Below, one piece after another: positions 17,041-24,700 of a stretch of 32,000 nt of DNA (the stretch's first letter is position 1; every line of letters begins with the position of its first letter). The stretch is taken from positions 60,001 to 92,000 of the forward strand of contig NZ_LGHJ01000012.1 of assembly GCF_001306055.1 (NCBI RefSeq). The letters are read 5' to 3'. The notes beneath the pieces were generated by a model, which was not told where the DNA came from, ran no database searches, and saw nothing but the letters and a program-made list of their open reading frames with translations. The position numbers and the translations under genes were made by a program. The DNA comes from Bellilinea caldifistulae. Lineage in GTDB: Bacteria; Chloroflexota; Anaerolineae; Anaerolineales; Anaerolineaceae.

Positions 17041-18636
17041 TCAATCAGGGCTTCCCTGGCCCGGATTTACGGGCGGCTGTTTGTCTTTGGGAGGTTTATT
17101 CAAGCCGGGCGGGGTAACTTTCTTGCCCGGATTTTCATCCGCCGGTTTTCCACCACCGGCTGGCGGTTGTGCGCCGGGTTTATTGATCGTCTCCGGGCTG
17201 GGAGTGGCTTGCGGTGTGGTGACCGGCTCTTCAGCCTCGCCAGGCGGTGATTTGCGGTCTTTGCCAATCCAGCCCATCTCCTGCCAGACCTTGCCCCAAC
17301 CGCCCTGTTGCTGTTTCATGGCAAAGAATTGATCGGCGGGCAAGCCGGATTTCTGGCTGGCTTGCAGGGCTAGCATGATCTCGCCCATGCCGTACCCCTG
17401 GCAGAACCAGCCCATCACCTGTTCGTAAGTCACGCCATATTCTGCCGCCAGCTTTGCGCCAACCGGATGCTGCTGGGTTAAGTCGGAGCAGTAATTACCC
17501 TGATTGACCAGCTCCGGCGTCGGTGTGACGGTACCTTCGGGAGTTGGTATTTCGGTTGCGTCAGATGGTGTTTCCTCAACCGGCAGGGTAGGCGTTGGCA
17601 GGGGTTCAACCGGCTGATCCAGCATTGCCAGATGACGCCAGACTTCACCCCAACCGCCCAATTCGACTTTGAGCAGCAGGATTTCCTCCGGAGTCAACTC
17701 GCTGTGCTGACTGGCCTGCAGGGCAAGCACAATCTCACCAAAACCAAAGCCCTGACAGAACCAGCCCATCACCGTTTCGTATGGAACGGCATAGGTGGCC
17801 GCCAGCTTCACGCCTACCGGATGAGTCTGGTTGGTGCAACCCGCCAACGGAGGCTCGTTTTGGGGAGGTTCTTCTCCTTCAACCGGCTCAGGCGCAGGGG
17901 TTTCCTCCCCAAGGCTCTGTTCAAGCGCGCTCAGTTGATCGGCCGGCAGTTGATCCAGCAAAGCCGTCATCGTATCCACCTGCCGGGCAATCAATTCAGC
18001 CGGGTTGTCCGCCGAATTCTCCATCAAACCTTCGGTCAGGCTGGTTTTTTCCAATGCCTGTCGAGTCAGCTGCCAGTAACCAGCGACGACTTCCGGGAGA
18101 TAATCATAGACCTGATTTTCAATTAACTTTTCGGCTTCCTCTAACCGACGGTTGGCAAATTCCAGCGCCAGTTGAGTTTGAGCCGGCTCACTACTCACCG
18201 CCAGACGCAGGGATTCAATCCCGGTTTTCAGCGGATACAGAGGGCTGTCAGGCAAAGCCTGACCGGATGCCTGCACAGCAGCTCCTCCGCCGAACAGGCT
18301 TGCCAGCAAAACCACAATCGCTATCCAGTTCATCACCATTCTCCTTGACCATTGCAGGGGTTGAGTGGAAATTTGCTTAAAGAGACGAAACGGATTGCGA
18401 TTCGTTACAGCCGGAACGTCGGGGAGACGTGCGCTAAGGCGCGCCCGCGCTGAGCGGCGGAACGCTGCCCGCGGCTCGACCATGCCGGCCGTGCGCACAT
18501 GCATAGCCATCTTCAGCAGACCTTCCAATTCCTGCCGCTGAGCGGGATAATGTTGCAAACACTCTTCGATGCTCCATCGGCCGCTTTCTACCGCTTGCAG
18601 GCACTCATCGAAGATTACTTCCAGATTTTCATCCAT
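17041..18636 (-). CDS. anti-sigma factor-like membrane protein (DUF5667-like region, two tandem Cys-containing repeats, Pro-rich tail)
   Basis: The gene overlaps the ECF sigma gene by 8 nt. It has an N-terminal cytoplasmic helical domain and a single TM segment 'NWIAIVVLLASLFGGGAAV'. 'PDSPLYPLKTGIE' is typical of DUF5667. Two repeats of about 73 aa follow. Confidence 0.7.
   Translation of the reverse strand: MDENLEVIFDECLQAVESGRWSIEECLQHYPAQRQELEGLLKMAMHVRTAGMVEPRAAFRRSARARLSARLPDVPAVTNRNPFRLFKQISTQPLQWSRRMVMNWIAIVVLLASLFGGGAAVQASGQALPDSPLYPLKTGIESLRLAVSSEPAQTQLALEFANRRLEEAEKLIENQVYDYLPEVVAGYWQLTRQALEKTSLTEGLMENSADNPAELIARQVDTMTALLDQLPADQLSALEQSLGEETPAPEPVEGEEPPQNEPPLAGCTNQTHPVGVKLAATYAVPYETVMGWFCQGFGFGEIVLALQASQHSELTPEEILLLKVELGGWGEVWRHLAMLDQPVEPLPTPTLPVEETPSDATEIPTPEGTVTPTPELVNQGNYCSDLTQQHPVGAKLAAEYGVTYEQVMGWFCQGYGMGEIMLALQASQKSGLPADQFFAMKQQQGGWGKVWQEMGWIGKDRKSPPGEAEEPVTTPQATPSPETINKPGAQPPAGGGKPADENPGKKVTPPGLNKPPKDKQPPVNPGQGSPD
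17266..17838 (-). repeat. intragenic tandem duplication encoding two copies of an approximately 73-aa 'HPVG.KLAA.Y.V.YE.VMGWFCQG.G.GEI.LALQASQ...GGWG.VW' module
   Basis: Copy A is at 17620-17838 and copy B at 17266-17490. They are roughly half identical at the protein level and clearly similar at the DNA level. Confidence 0.85.
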
Positions 18637-19192
18637 CCTGTTTCCCTCCTCTATCCAGCAGGGCTTGTAGTTTTTTCAAAGCCCGGAATTGCAAAACACG
18701 CACATGACTTTCACTCACACCAAGCACAGCAGCCGTTTCAGCGTGGCTGAGCTGGCTGACAAACCGGCAGACCAGCACTTCCTGATCCTGTTCGTCCAGC
18801 CGGGCAATGGCTCGTGCCAGCACACGCCCGTCTTCACGGTTCAGCAGCACCTGTTCGGGATTACCCTGCCCATCAGCCGGAATTTCCAATGGTTCCAGTG
18901 TGACGGTATTCTTGCGGGTACGCAGGTAATCCACCACCTGATTATGCGCGATGCGGTAGAGCCACGCTCGAAACGACTGAACCTGCTTTTTGGGCAGATT
19001 TTCCCAGGCTTTGAGAAAAATCATTTCCGTCAAATCCTCCGCATCCAATTGGCTGCCAATACGAAAATAGCAGTACCGGTAAACAGGCACCAGATAGCGT
19101 TCGTACAACATGCCATAGGCTTCCTTGTCACCAGAGGAGACTCGTTTCAGCAGGTCGTCGTCGCTGATGAAGTGCGGCGCGGCTTTCGTCAT
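18629..19192 (-). CDS. ECF (group 4) RNA polymerase sigma factor
   Basis: Only regions 2 and 4 are present: 'YERYLVPVYRYCYFRIG...AEDLTEMIFLKAWE' and 'FRAWLYRIAHNQVVDYLR' in region 2, and an HTH 'LSHAETAAVLGVSESHVRVLQFRALKKL' in region 4. ATG 19192 is preferred because the 47-codon N-terminal extension in the ORF track is Arg/Trp-rich junk overlapping the flhB-like gene. Confidence 0.88.
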   Translation of the reverse strand: MTKAAPHFISDDDLLKRVSSGDKEAYGMLYERYLVPVYRYCYFRIGSQLDAEDLTEMIFLKAWENLPKKQVQSFRAWLYRIAHNQVVDYLRTRKNTVTLEPLEIPADGQGNPEQVLLNREDGRVLARAIARLDEQDQEVLVCRFVSQLSHAETAAVLGVSESHVRVLQFRALKKLQALLDRGGKQDG

Positions 19193-19206
19193 AACCTGAA
19201 GTATAA

Positions 19207-19231
19207 GACGAATAAGGACAAAATTTGTTAC
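19207..19231 (-). promoter_or_regulatory. possible ECF-type promoter GTAAC-N16-CGTC
   Basis: On the minus strand, GTAAC is at 19231-19227 and CGTC at 19210-19207. This lies in the AT-rich 52-nt gap upstream of the ECF sigma gene and resembles the GAAC-N16/17-CGTC consensus of autoregulated ECF promoters. Confidence 0.3.
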
Positions 19232-19244
19232 AGATTTCCTGTGT

Positions 19245-19553
19245 TTAGAGACCCTTTTTCTGGACAACCCGGTAGATGTACGCCAGTACCTCCGCCACCA
19301 CCAGATAAAGCTCCGGCGGAATCTCCTCATCAAGATTGAGCATGGCCAGTGCTGCGCTCAATTCGGGGTCTTCGTAAACCGGCACCTGATACTGACGCGC
19401 CAGCGCCACAATCTGCTCGGCAATTTTCCCCCTGCCGCTGGCGACCACCCGCGGCGCCCCATCTGTCTGCGGGTCGTAAGCCAGAGCAGCCGCCGTTGGA
19501 CGACGGGACGCCGCCCTTTTTTCCCCACTGTAAAAGCGTACCCGGCGGTTCAC
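19245..19553 (-). CDS. stand-alone FlhB C-terminal (EscU/YscU/FlhB-CC)-like protein
   Basis: 'AAALAYDPQTDGAPRVVASGRGKIAEQIVALARQYQVPVYEDPELSAALAMLNLDEEIPPELYLVVAEVLAYIY' matches the FlhB C-terminal subdomain. The start is GTG, with GGAGG 8 nt upstream. Confidence 0.85.
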   Translation of the reverse strand: MNRRVRFYSGEKRAASRRPTAAALAYDPQTDGAPRVVASGRGKIAEQIVALARQYQVPVYEDPELSAALAMLNLDEEIPPELYLVVAEVLAYIYRVVQKKGL

Positions 19554-19556
19554 CGC

Positions 19557-20903
19557 TCACACCTCCAGATCAACCCATGCCAGCGAGGGGCGCGCCGGCG
19601 CAGGACTCAGGGCGGACGGCATCCAATCCACCTGCCCCACTTCCACCCGGCTGTCTTGCAGGTTGTAGCCCAAATCCTGCAACGCCTCTTCCAAAGAGGG
19701 CATCTCGCTGCGGGTTTCGCTCAGCCATTGCACATCCGGCGCGGTCACAACCACCCGCATCTGCCTGCCGACCACCGAAAGCGCCACCTGAAAGACCCGA
19801 TCCGGCTGTACCTCGACCTGAATATTCAAGGTGGTGTGCAGAGGATCAATCCGGGCTGCCCCACCTTTCTCGCGGCGCGCCACGCGCAGGCGCACCGGTA
19901 GAAAACCCCGCTCATCCCCCGATACTGGACGGGCAAGCAGCATTCTGGCTTCCGCCCAGGCCCCCTCCCCGGGGACGGGCTGCGGGGGCAGGTTGAGCAG
20001 CCCGCTCATACGCGCCTGATCCAGAAAGCGTTGAACCTGCTCGGCAACTTCACCCAAACCGTTTTGACGCAGTGCAGTAATCAGACGCACCGCTTCCATC
20101 CAATGTGACTGTCCGGGCTGTCCCTCGATCCCCTCACCGGCTCTCAGCAGGATGTTTTCGAGTGTTCTCCCCCCAAAACGAACCGCCTCACGGATGCGGC
20201 TGGCAAGCGTTTGAGCATCTGCTCCTGCCGGCAGCAGCAGATGCTGAAAAAGATTTTGTAAGGTTTGCAGCAACTTTGTCTGCTCCGCTGTCAGGGAGGG
20301 ATTGGCCTGAGCGGATTGCAGACCTCCAATCAGATTAACCAACCCCTGCGGGTAAATGGAGCGAGCACGCAGGGCTACTGCCAGGGTTTCCTCATTCAAC
20401 GGCAAACCGGCTGCCAGCATGGCAGCCGCCATTTCCGCTTCAGCCTGGCCCCAACTCCCGCCCCCCAGCGCAGCCAGCATTTTTTGCAGGTTTTCGGGGC
20501 TGATTTCAAGGTGCTGCGCCAGCGCCGCCCGTGCCAGCAGCAGCAACTCCGGGCGCACCGGCAAACCATACTCCTGCAGAATGCGCAGCGCCATTTCCTG
20601 CACGGGTAAACCGACTCCACTCCCTGCCGCGCTGGGTTGAGGCGGATTGAAAATCTTGAGTGTGATCGCCTCCTGATCCATCGCCGTCACGATGAATTGA
20701 GCGACCTTCTTCCCCGCCAGTTGAGCGGCTTCCTGCTGGGAGACCAGCCGCGCTACAATCGGGTGGCCGTCTATGGAAATGACCGCTTGCGTGCCGTTGA
20801 TTTGCAAAATCTCGGCCGTCACCCGCTGAAACAGGCGCAGCCCCGAATCGGGTTGGGCTATATTCGGGCTGGGGTTGAGCGGGAGGGGCGCCTGGATATT
20901 CAT
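19557..20903 (-). CDS. hypothetical flagellar-cluster protein with FliK-like (Flg_hook-type) C-terminal domain
   Basis: The C-terminal 'LNIQVEVQPDRVFQVALSVVGRQMRVVVTAPDVQWLSETRSEMPSLEEALQDLGYNLQDSRVEV' follows the beta-beta-alpha pattern of the FliK C-terminal domain. ATG 20903 is preferred. The GTG at 20939 sits inside a 12-bp hairpin with no SD. Confidence 0.6.
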   Translation of the reverse strand: MNIQAPLPLNPSPNIAQPDSGLRLFQRVTAEILQINGTQAVISIDGHPIVARLVSQQEAAQLAGKKVAQFIVTAMDQEAITLKIFNPPQPSAAGSGVGLPVQEMALRILQEYGLPVRPELLLLARAALAQHLEISPENLQKMLAALGGGSWGQAEAEMAAAMLAAGLPLNEETLAVALRARSIYPQGLVNLIGGLQSAQANPSLTAEQTKLLQTLQNLFQHLLLPAGADAQTLASRIREAVRFGGRTLENILLRAGEGIEGQPGQSHWMEAVRLITALRQNGLGEVAEQVQRFLDQARMSGLLNLPPQPVPGEGAWAEARMLLARPVSGDERGFLPVRLRVARREKGGAARIDPLHTTLNIQVEVQPDRVFQVALSVVGRQMRVVVTAPDVQWLSETRSEMPSLEEALQDLGYNLQDSRVEVGQVDWMPSALSPAPARPSLAWVDLEV

Positions 20904-20928
20904 AAAAGCCCTTTCATCCAATTCAATT

Positions 20929-20958
20929 GGCTGGCGCACCCAGTGCGGTGCGCCAGCC
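20929..20958 (-). other. perfect 12-bp GC-rich hairpin 14 nt downstream of the flgE stop (no U-tract)
   Basis: GGCTGGCGCACC (20929-20940) pairs with GGTGCGCCAGCC (20947-20958) across a 6-nt loop. Confidence 0.7.
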
Positions 20959-20972
20959 GTATGCTTCTAGGC

Positions 20973-22193
20973 TTAGCGTTTCAGGTTGACCAGTTCCTGC
21001 AGAATTTCATCCGAAGTGGTGATCACCCGCGAGGACGCCTGAAAACCGCGCTGCGCCAGAATCATGTTGGTAAATTCCTGCGCCATGTCCACATTGGAGG
21101 CTTCCAGATAGCCAGCCGCCACCAGACCACGCCCGCCAGTGCCGGGCAGACCGATTTCCGGCTCGCCGGAGTTGAGACCCTGCTGGAAACTGGTGTGGCC
21201 AACGTGAATCAGACCGGCCGGGTTGTTGAAGCGTGCCAGCGCAATCTGAGCCACTTTTTCGCGCATGCCATTGGAGTAGACCAGAATGATCGCCCCATCG
21301 TTCGGCGAGATGTACACATCCGAAACGGTGCCGGTCGGCAGACCGTCCTGACTCTGGACGGTGATGCTGCTGGAACCGGACAGCATGGTGGCGGAGGAAA
21401 GATTGAGGTTCAGGTTGTTGATCGGGTTGGCTCCCGGACTGGCAGGAATGGAAACCGCTGTCCCGACCGTATTGCTGACATAATGCCCGTCACCATCGAA
21501 CACGAGGGTACCCTGCCCGGTTGCGCCGGTCGGGGCAGTGACCTGCCATGTCCAGGTATTTGCAGCCGTGCGGGTGAATTGCACCGAAGCCGTGTGCAGC
21601 ACCCCCAGCGAGTCGTACACCCCCATGGTTGTGGTAACCGATCCGCCGATGGCCGTATCGGCGCTCAGATTACCCCCGTAGTTGACCGTGTTGGTGGCGC
21701 GCGCCAGCGTGCGGTTGGCGTTCAGGCGGATATCGCCGATCGGGATGTTGAAATCAAGGTTTCCAGCCGCGTCCGCCTGCCAGCCTTGCAACCGCAAACC
21801 GGTCGAGGAATTAACCAGATAACCTTCCGAATCCATGGCAATTGAGCCTTCCCGCGAGTAGTTGCGCTGCGTTCCGCGCCCGTAGATGAAAAAGCCATCA
21901 CCCTGCAGGGCTAAATCCATGTTGCGGCCGGTGCTTTGCAGCATCCCCTGCGTAAAAATCGGCGAGATGAAGCCCAGTTGCAAACCCAACCCGATTTGAA
22001 TGGGGTTGGTGCCGCCCAGCGTAGAACTGGGGCTGGCGCCGGGGTTCATCAATTGCGAAAACTGATCGTGGAACAGAACCCGGCTGGCTTTGAAGCCGGT
22101 TGTGTTGGCATTGGCGAGGTTGTTGGCAACCACATCCAGATAATTCTGGTGCAGATTCAAGGCGCTGATGGCCGTAAACATTGAGCGTAACAT
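20973..22193 (-). CDS. flgE: flagellar hook protein FlgE
   Basis: The N-terminal 'MLRSMFTAISALNLHQNYLDVVANNLANANTTGFK' and C-terminal 'GYLEASNVDMAQEFTNMILAQRGFQASSRVITTSDEILQELVNL' are the conserved rod/hook termini. GGAGG lies 8 nt upstream of the ATG. Confidence 0.95.
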   Translation of the reverse strand: MLRSMFTAISALNLHQNYLDVVANNLANANTTGFKASRVLFHDQFSQLMNPGASPSSTLGGTNPIQIGLGLQLGFISPIFTQGMLQSTGRNMDLALQGDGFFIYGRGTQRNYSREGSIAMDSEGYLVNSSTGLRLQGWQADAAGNLDFNIPIGDIRLNANRTLARATNTVNYGGNLSADTAIGGSVTTTMGVYDSLGVLHTASVQFTRTAANTWTWQVTAPTGATGQGTLVFDGDGHYVSNTVGTAVSIPASPGANPINNLNLNLSSATMLSGSSSITVQSQDGLPTGTVSDVYISPNDGAIILVYSNGMREKVAQIALARFNNPAGLIHVGHTSFQQGLNSGEPEIGLPGTGGRGLVAAGYLEASNVDMAQEFTNMILAQRGFQASSRVITTSDEILQELVNLKR

Positions 22194-22281
22194 TTTTTGT
22201 GCCTCCGGATGATTTTTGATTTGTTCACAGGCTTCCTCCGAGAGGGCCGACCTGTGTGTGTTTGTAGAGAGTCCTCGAACT

Positions 22282-22704
22282 TCAAGCAGTTTGGTCTAAT
22301 TTACCGTGTTGCGAACGGGTTGGTTCGGCAATCACCACGCTGTCAATCTGGGTGAAGACCCCTTCTCCGCGATGTTGAGCATCCACTGCCGTGACCACCA
22401 GCCGCTCGCGCACATTGACAATAAAAGCCAGATCGTCCATCATCACCAGCGATGACTTACCTCCGCGCTGCTCGGCTTTTTCGATGGCCTGGGCAAGGCG
22501 GTTGACATGTTCGTCACTGAGGGCGATTTCGCGGCTTTGCAACCGTTTTTGGGCATGGTTGGAAAAGCGTACCTGTTGAACCTGTGCAAGGGTTTCCGCA
22601 AATGCCGGGGTGGACGCCTCTGGCGCTGGACGGGCAGGTTTGGCTGGCCCGTTTGCCGCGTTATTTTGAGCGCGTTCCAGCTGGACGCGGAAAACCTCAC
22701 TCAT
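22282..22704 (-). CDS. flagellar operon protein (TIGR02530-like, found between flgD and flgE)
   Basis: 'VRFSNHAQKRLQSREIALSDEHVNRLAQAIEKAEQRGGKSSLVMMDDLAFIVNVRERLVVTAV' matches the small family found between flgD and flgE in Firmicutes-type operons. The gene overlaps flgD by 4 nt. Confidence 0.7.
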   Translation of the reverse strand: MSEVFRVQLERAQNNAANGPAKPARPAPEASTPAFAETLAQVQQVRFSNHAQKRLQSREIALSDEHVNRLAQAIEKAEQRGGKSSLVMMDDLAFIVNVRERLVVTAVDAQHRGEGVFTQIDSVVIAEPTRSQHGKLDQTA

Positions 22705-23120
22705 GCAGCACCTCCACGAATTTCAATCACATCGCTCAGCGGAGCTTTCTGGCTACCAATTTGCAGGTAAAGCACCCCTTTTTCGCTGGTGACCCCGCCG
22801 ACCACCCCCTCCAGCGTCGAGCCGTCCTTTTGGGCAACTTTGACAATTTTGCCGATCAGGCTGGCCGCATAAGCATTCTGGTTGGCGGCTGCCGCACTAT
22901 CCAGCACCACCCGCATCGCTTGCAGTTCTTGCAGTGAATTGAGCTGGGTAAACTGGCTCATCATTTCACTATCCTTCATCGGCTCCAACGGATTTTGATG
23001 GGTCAATTGCGCCACCAGCATGGTCAAAAAGTCGCCCATGCCCGGCTGATTGCCGATTTTGGGGGTATTTGTCTGACCCACACTGGAAAACAACGATGGA
23101 GAAACTTCCGAAACTTGCAT
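22701..23120 (-). CDS. flgD: flagellar hook assembly/capping protein FlgD
   Basis: The FlgD N-terminal signature 'DFLTMLVAQLTHQNPLEPMKDSEMMSQFTQLNSLQELQ' is present. Confidence 0.9.
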   Translation of the reverse strand: MQVSEVSPSLFSSVGQTNTPKIGNQPGMGDFLTMLVAQLTHQNPLEPMKDSEMMSQFTQLNSLQELQAMRVVLDSAAAANQNAYAASLIGKIVKVAQKDGSTLEGVVGGVTSEKGVLYLQIGSQKAPLSDVIEIRGGAA

Positions 23121-23132
23121 GGTTTTACCTCC

Positions 23133-24296
23133 TCAAATGCGATAATCCACCCCGCTGACCGAAAGGTTTTGCCAGCGTTCGGCGGGTTCGATGAACGAAC
23201 CGCTGCCCTGCTCGGTTTCCCGTCCGCCGAACGAGCGGCTGCGCGGGCTGTGGCCCTGAAAGCCGCCCTGGGGTTGGTGGGACGGGTTTTCGTGATGAAT
23301 GTTCAACTGAGCAAGGTTGACCCCGGCTTCTGTCAAAGACTGGCGCAGCTGATTCAACTGGGCTTCAAGCAGCCGTCCGGTGCTGGCTTGTTCGGCGTAA
23401 ACCGTCACGTGGACGCCCTGTGAACTGCTGGCAAAGCGGATATCAATACCGCCCAGTTCCTGAGGATGCAATTGCACCCGCAGGCTGGAACGCCCCTGCT
23501 GGATTGACGCCTCCATTTGACTGGCAATCTGGCGGACCACATCTACCAACGTCCGTCCATGCACCGCAGGAGTTTCGGCACGAATTGGAATGACCGCTTC
23601 GGCTGTGGAGGAATGCCCCGCTGGAGGGTGCTCCACAACGCTTTCGACCTTGACCGTTGGGGTTTGCTGCGGTTCTTCAGCAAGTCTGGTTCTGGCCGGA
23701 CTTTCTGCTTTGCTTTCAGGTTTGATCTCGGTGGTTACGGGTTTTTCGCTTTTCACCTCCGTAGGGGATTGGGGTTGAATGAGGGTTTCTTCTTCTGCCG
23801 GCTGGCTCAGGCTTTGTTCCAGCGCAGAAGCAAAATCAACTCCGCCCTCGACGAGGGCGCCTTCTTCGGCCGCAGGCAAAGGCTGTAACATCCCGCCATC
23901 CGCCGGTTGAATCTCTCCTTCGGCAAGGACGTCCGGCTCTCCCTGCACTACCGGTAGCAGCACGCCTTCGTTGAGCAGGGCGGGTAAGCCGCCGCTGATT
24001 CGGGCTGTCGGCTGTTCGGCAGCGGTTTCGGCAGGGGACATGGGATTCTGATCCGGTTGATTTTCGTTCTCAACGGCCGGCTGCCGGGCTGCTGCCGTGC
24101 CTGCCGTTTGAGATGCCGCCGCCTCTGACTGAGCCTGAGTTTGTTTTTCCTCCTTCTGGCGCGCCCGCAGGGTCTGCTCAAAAGTGAGCGATTCGCTACG
24201 GTGCGCTTCTGCATGCGGTTTGGCCGGACGCAGCGCGCTTTCAGGAGGCGGTTTGCTGACGGGCAGCACTTCCAATAAATTGATGTCCATTTTCAC
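23133..24296 (-). CDS. fliK: flagellar hook-length control protein FliK
   Basis: The N-terminal and central regions are low-complexity and rich in Pro, Glu, Ala and Gln. The C-terminal Flg_hook domain is 'LRVQLHPQELGGIDIRFASSSQGVHVTVYAEQASTGRLLEAQLNQLRQSLTEAGVNLAQLNI'. Confidence 0.88.
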   Translation of the reverse strand: MKMDINLLEVLPVSKPPPESALRPAKPHAEAHRSESLTFEQTLRARQKEEKQTQAQSEAAASQTAGTAAARQPAVENENQPDQNPMSPAETAAEQPTARISGGLPALLNEGVLLPVVQGEPDVLAEGEIQPADGGMLQPLPAAEEGALVEGGVDFASALEQSLSQPAEEETLIQPQSPTEVKSEKPVTTEIKPESKAESPARTRLAEEPQQTPTVKVESVVEHPPAGHSSTAEAVIPIRAETPAVHGRTLVDVVRQIASQMEASIQQGRSSLRVQLHPQELGGIDIRFASSSQGVHVTVYAEQASTGRLLEAQLNQLRQSLTEAGVNLAQLNIHHENPSHQPQGGFQGHSPRSRSFGGRETEQGSGSFIEPAERWQNLSVSGVDYRI

Positions 24297-24697
24297 CTCG
24301 ACATTGCAATAGTTTTGAGGAGCGCCAGTTTTTTACTGACCGACTGAGTCAGCGCCTGATACTGAATGCCGGTCTTGTTCATTTCCAGCAGCTCCACATC
24401 AATATCCACGCTGTTCAGGTCGGCCCGCAGGCTGCCGCCCGGACGCTGCGACACCTGAAAGCCGACCCGCCGCGCGGGTGATGCCAGATGAGCCTGATGC
24501 GATTTTTCCAATTCCACTCCTTTCTTCCGCTGAAAGACCTGTTTCAGCGTATCCTCAAAGTTAACCTGTTGGGCACGGTAGCCCGGCGTATCCACATTCG
24601 CCAGATTGCGGCTGATCACCTGCTGGCGCAGGCTCAAACCATCCAGCGCCAGCCGGGCAGCCTGCAAAGCATCGTCACTGATCCAATTTCTTGTCAT
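24293..24697 (-). CDS. flgB: flagellar basal-body rod protein FlgB
   Basis: 134 aa, with 'LSLRQQVISRNLANVDTPGYRAQQVNFEDTL' and a C-terminal 'LLEMNKTGIQYQALTQSVSKKLALLKTAI'-type ending. Confidence 0.88.
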   Translation of the reverse strand: MTRNWISDDALQAARLALDGLSLRQQVISRNLANVDTPGYRAQQVNFEDTLKQVFQRKKGVELEKSHQAHLASPARRVGFQVSQRPGGSLRADLNSVDIDVELLEMNKTGIQYQALTQSVSKKLALLKTIAMSR

Positions 24698-24700
24698 ACT

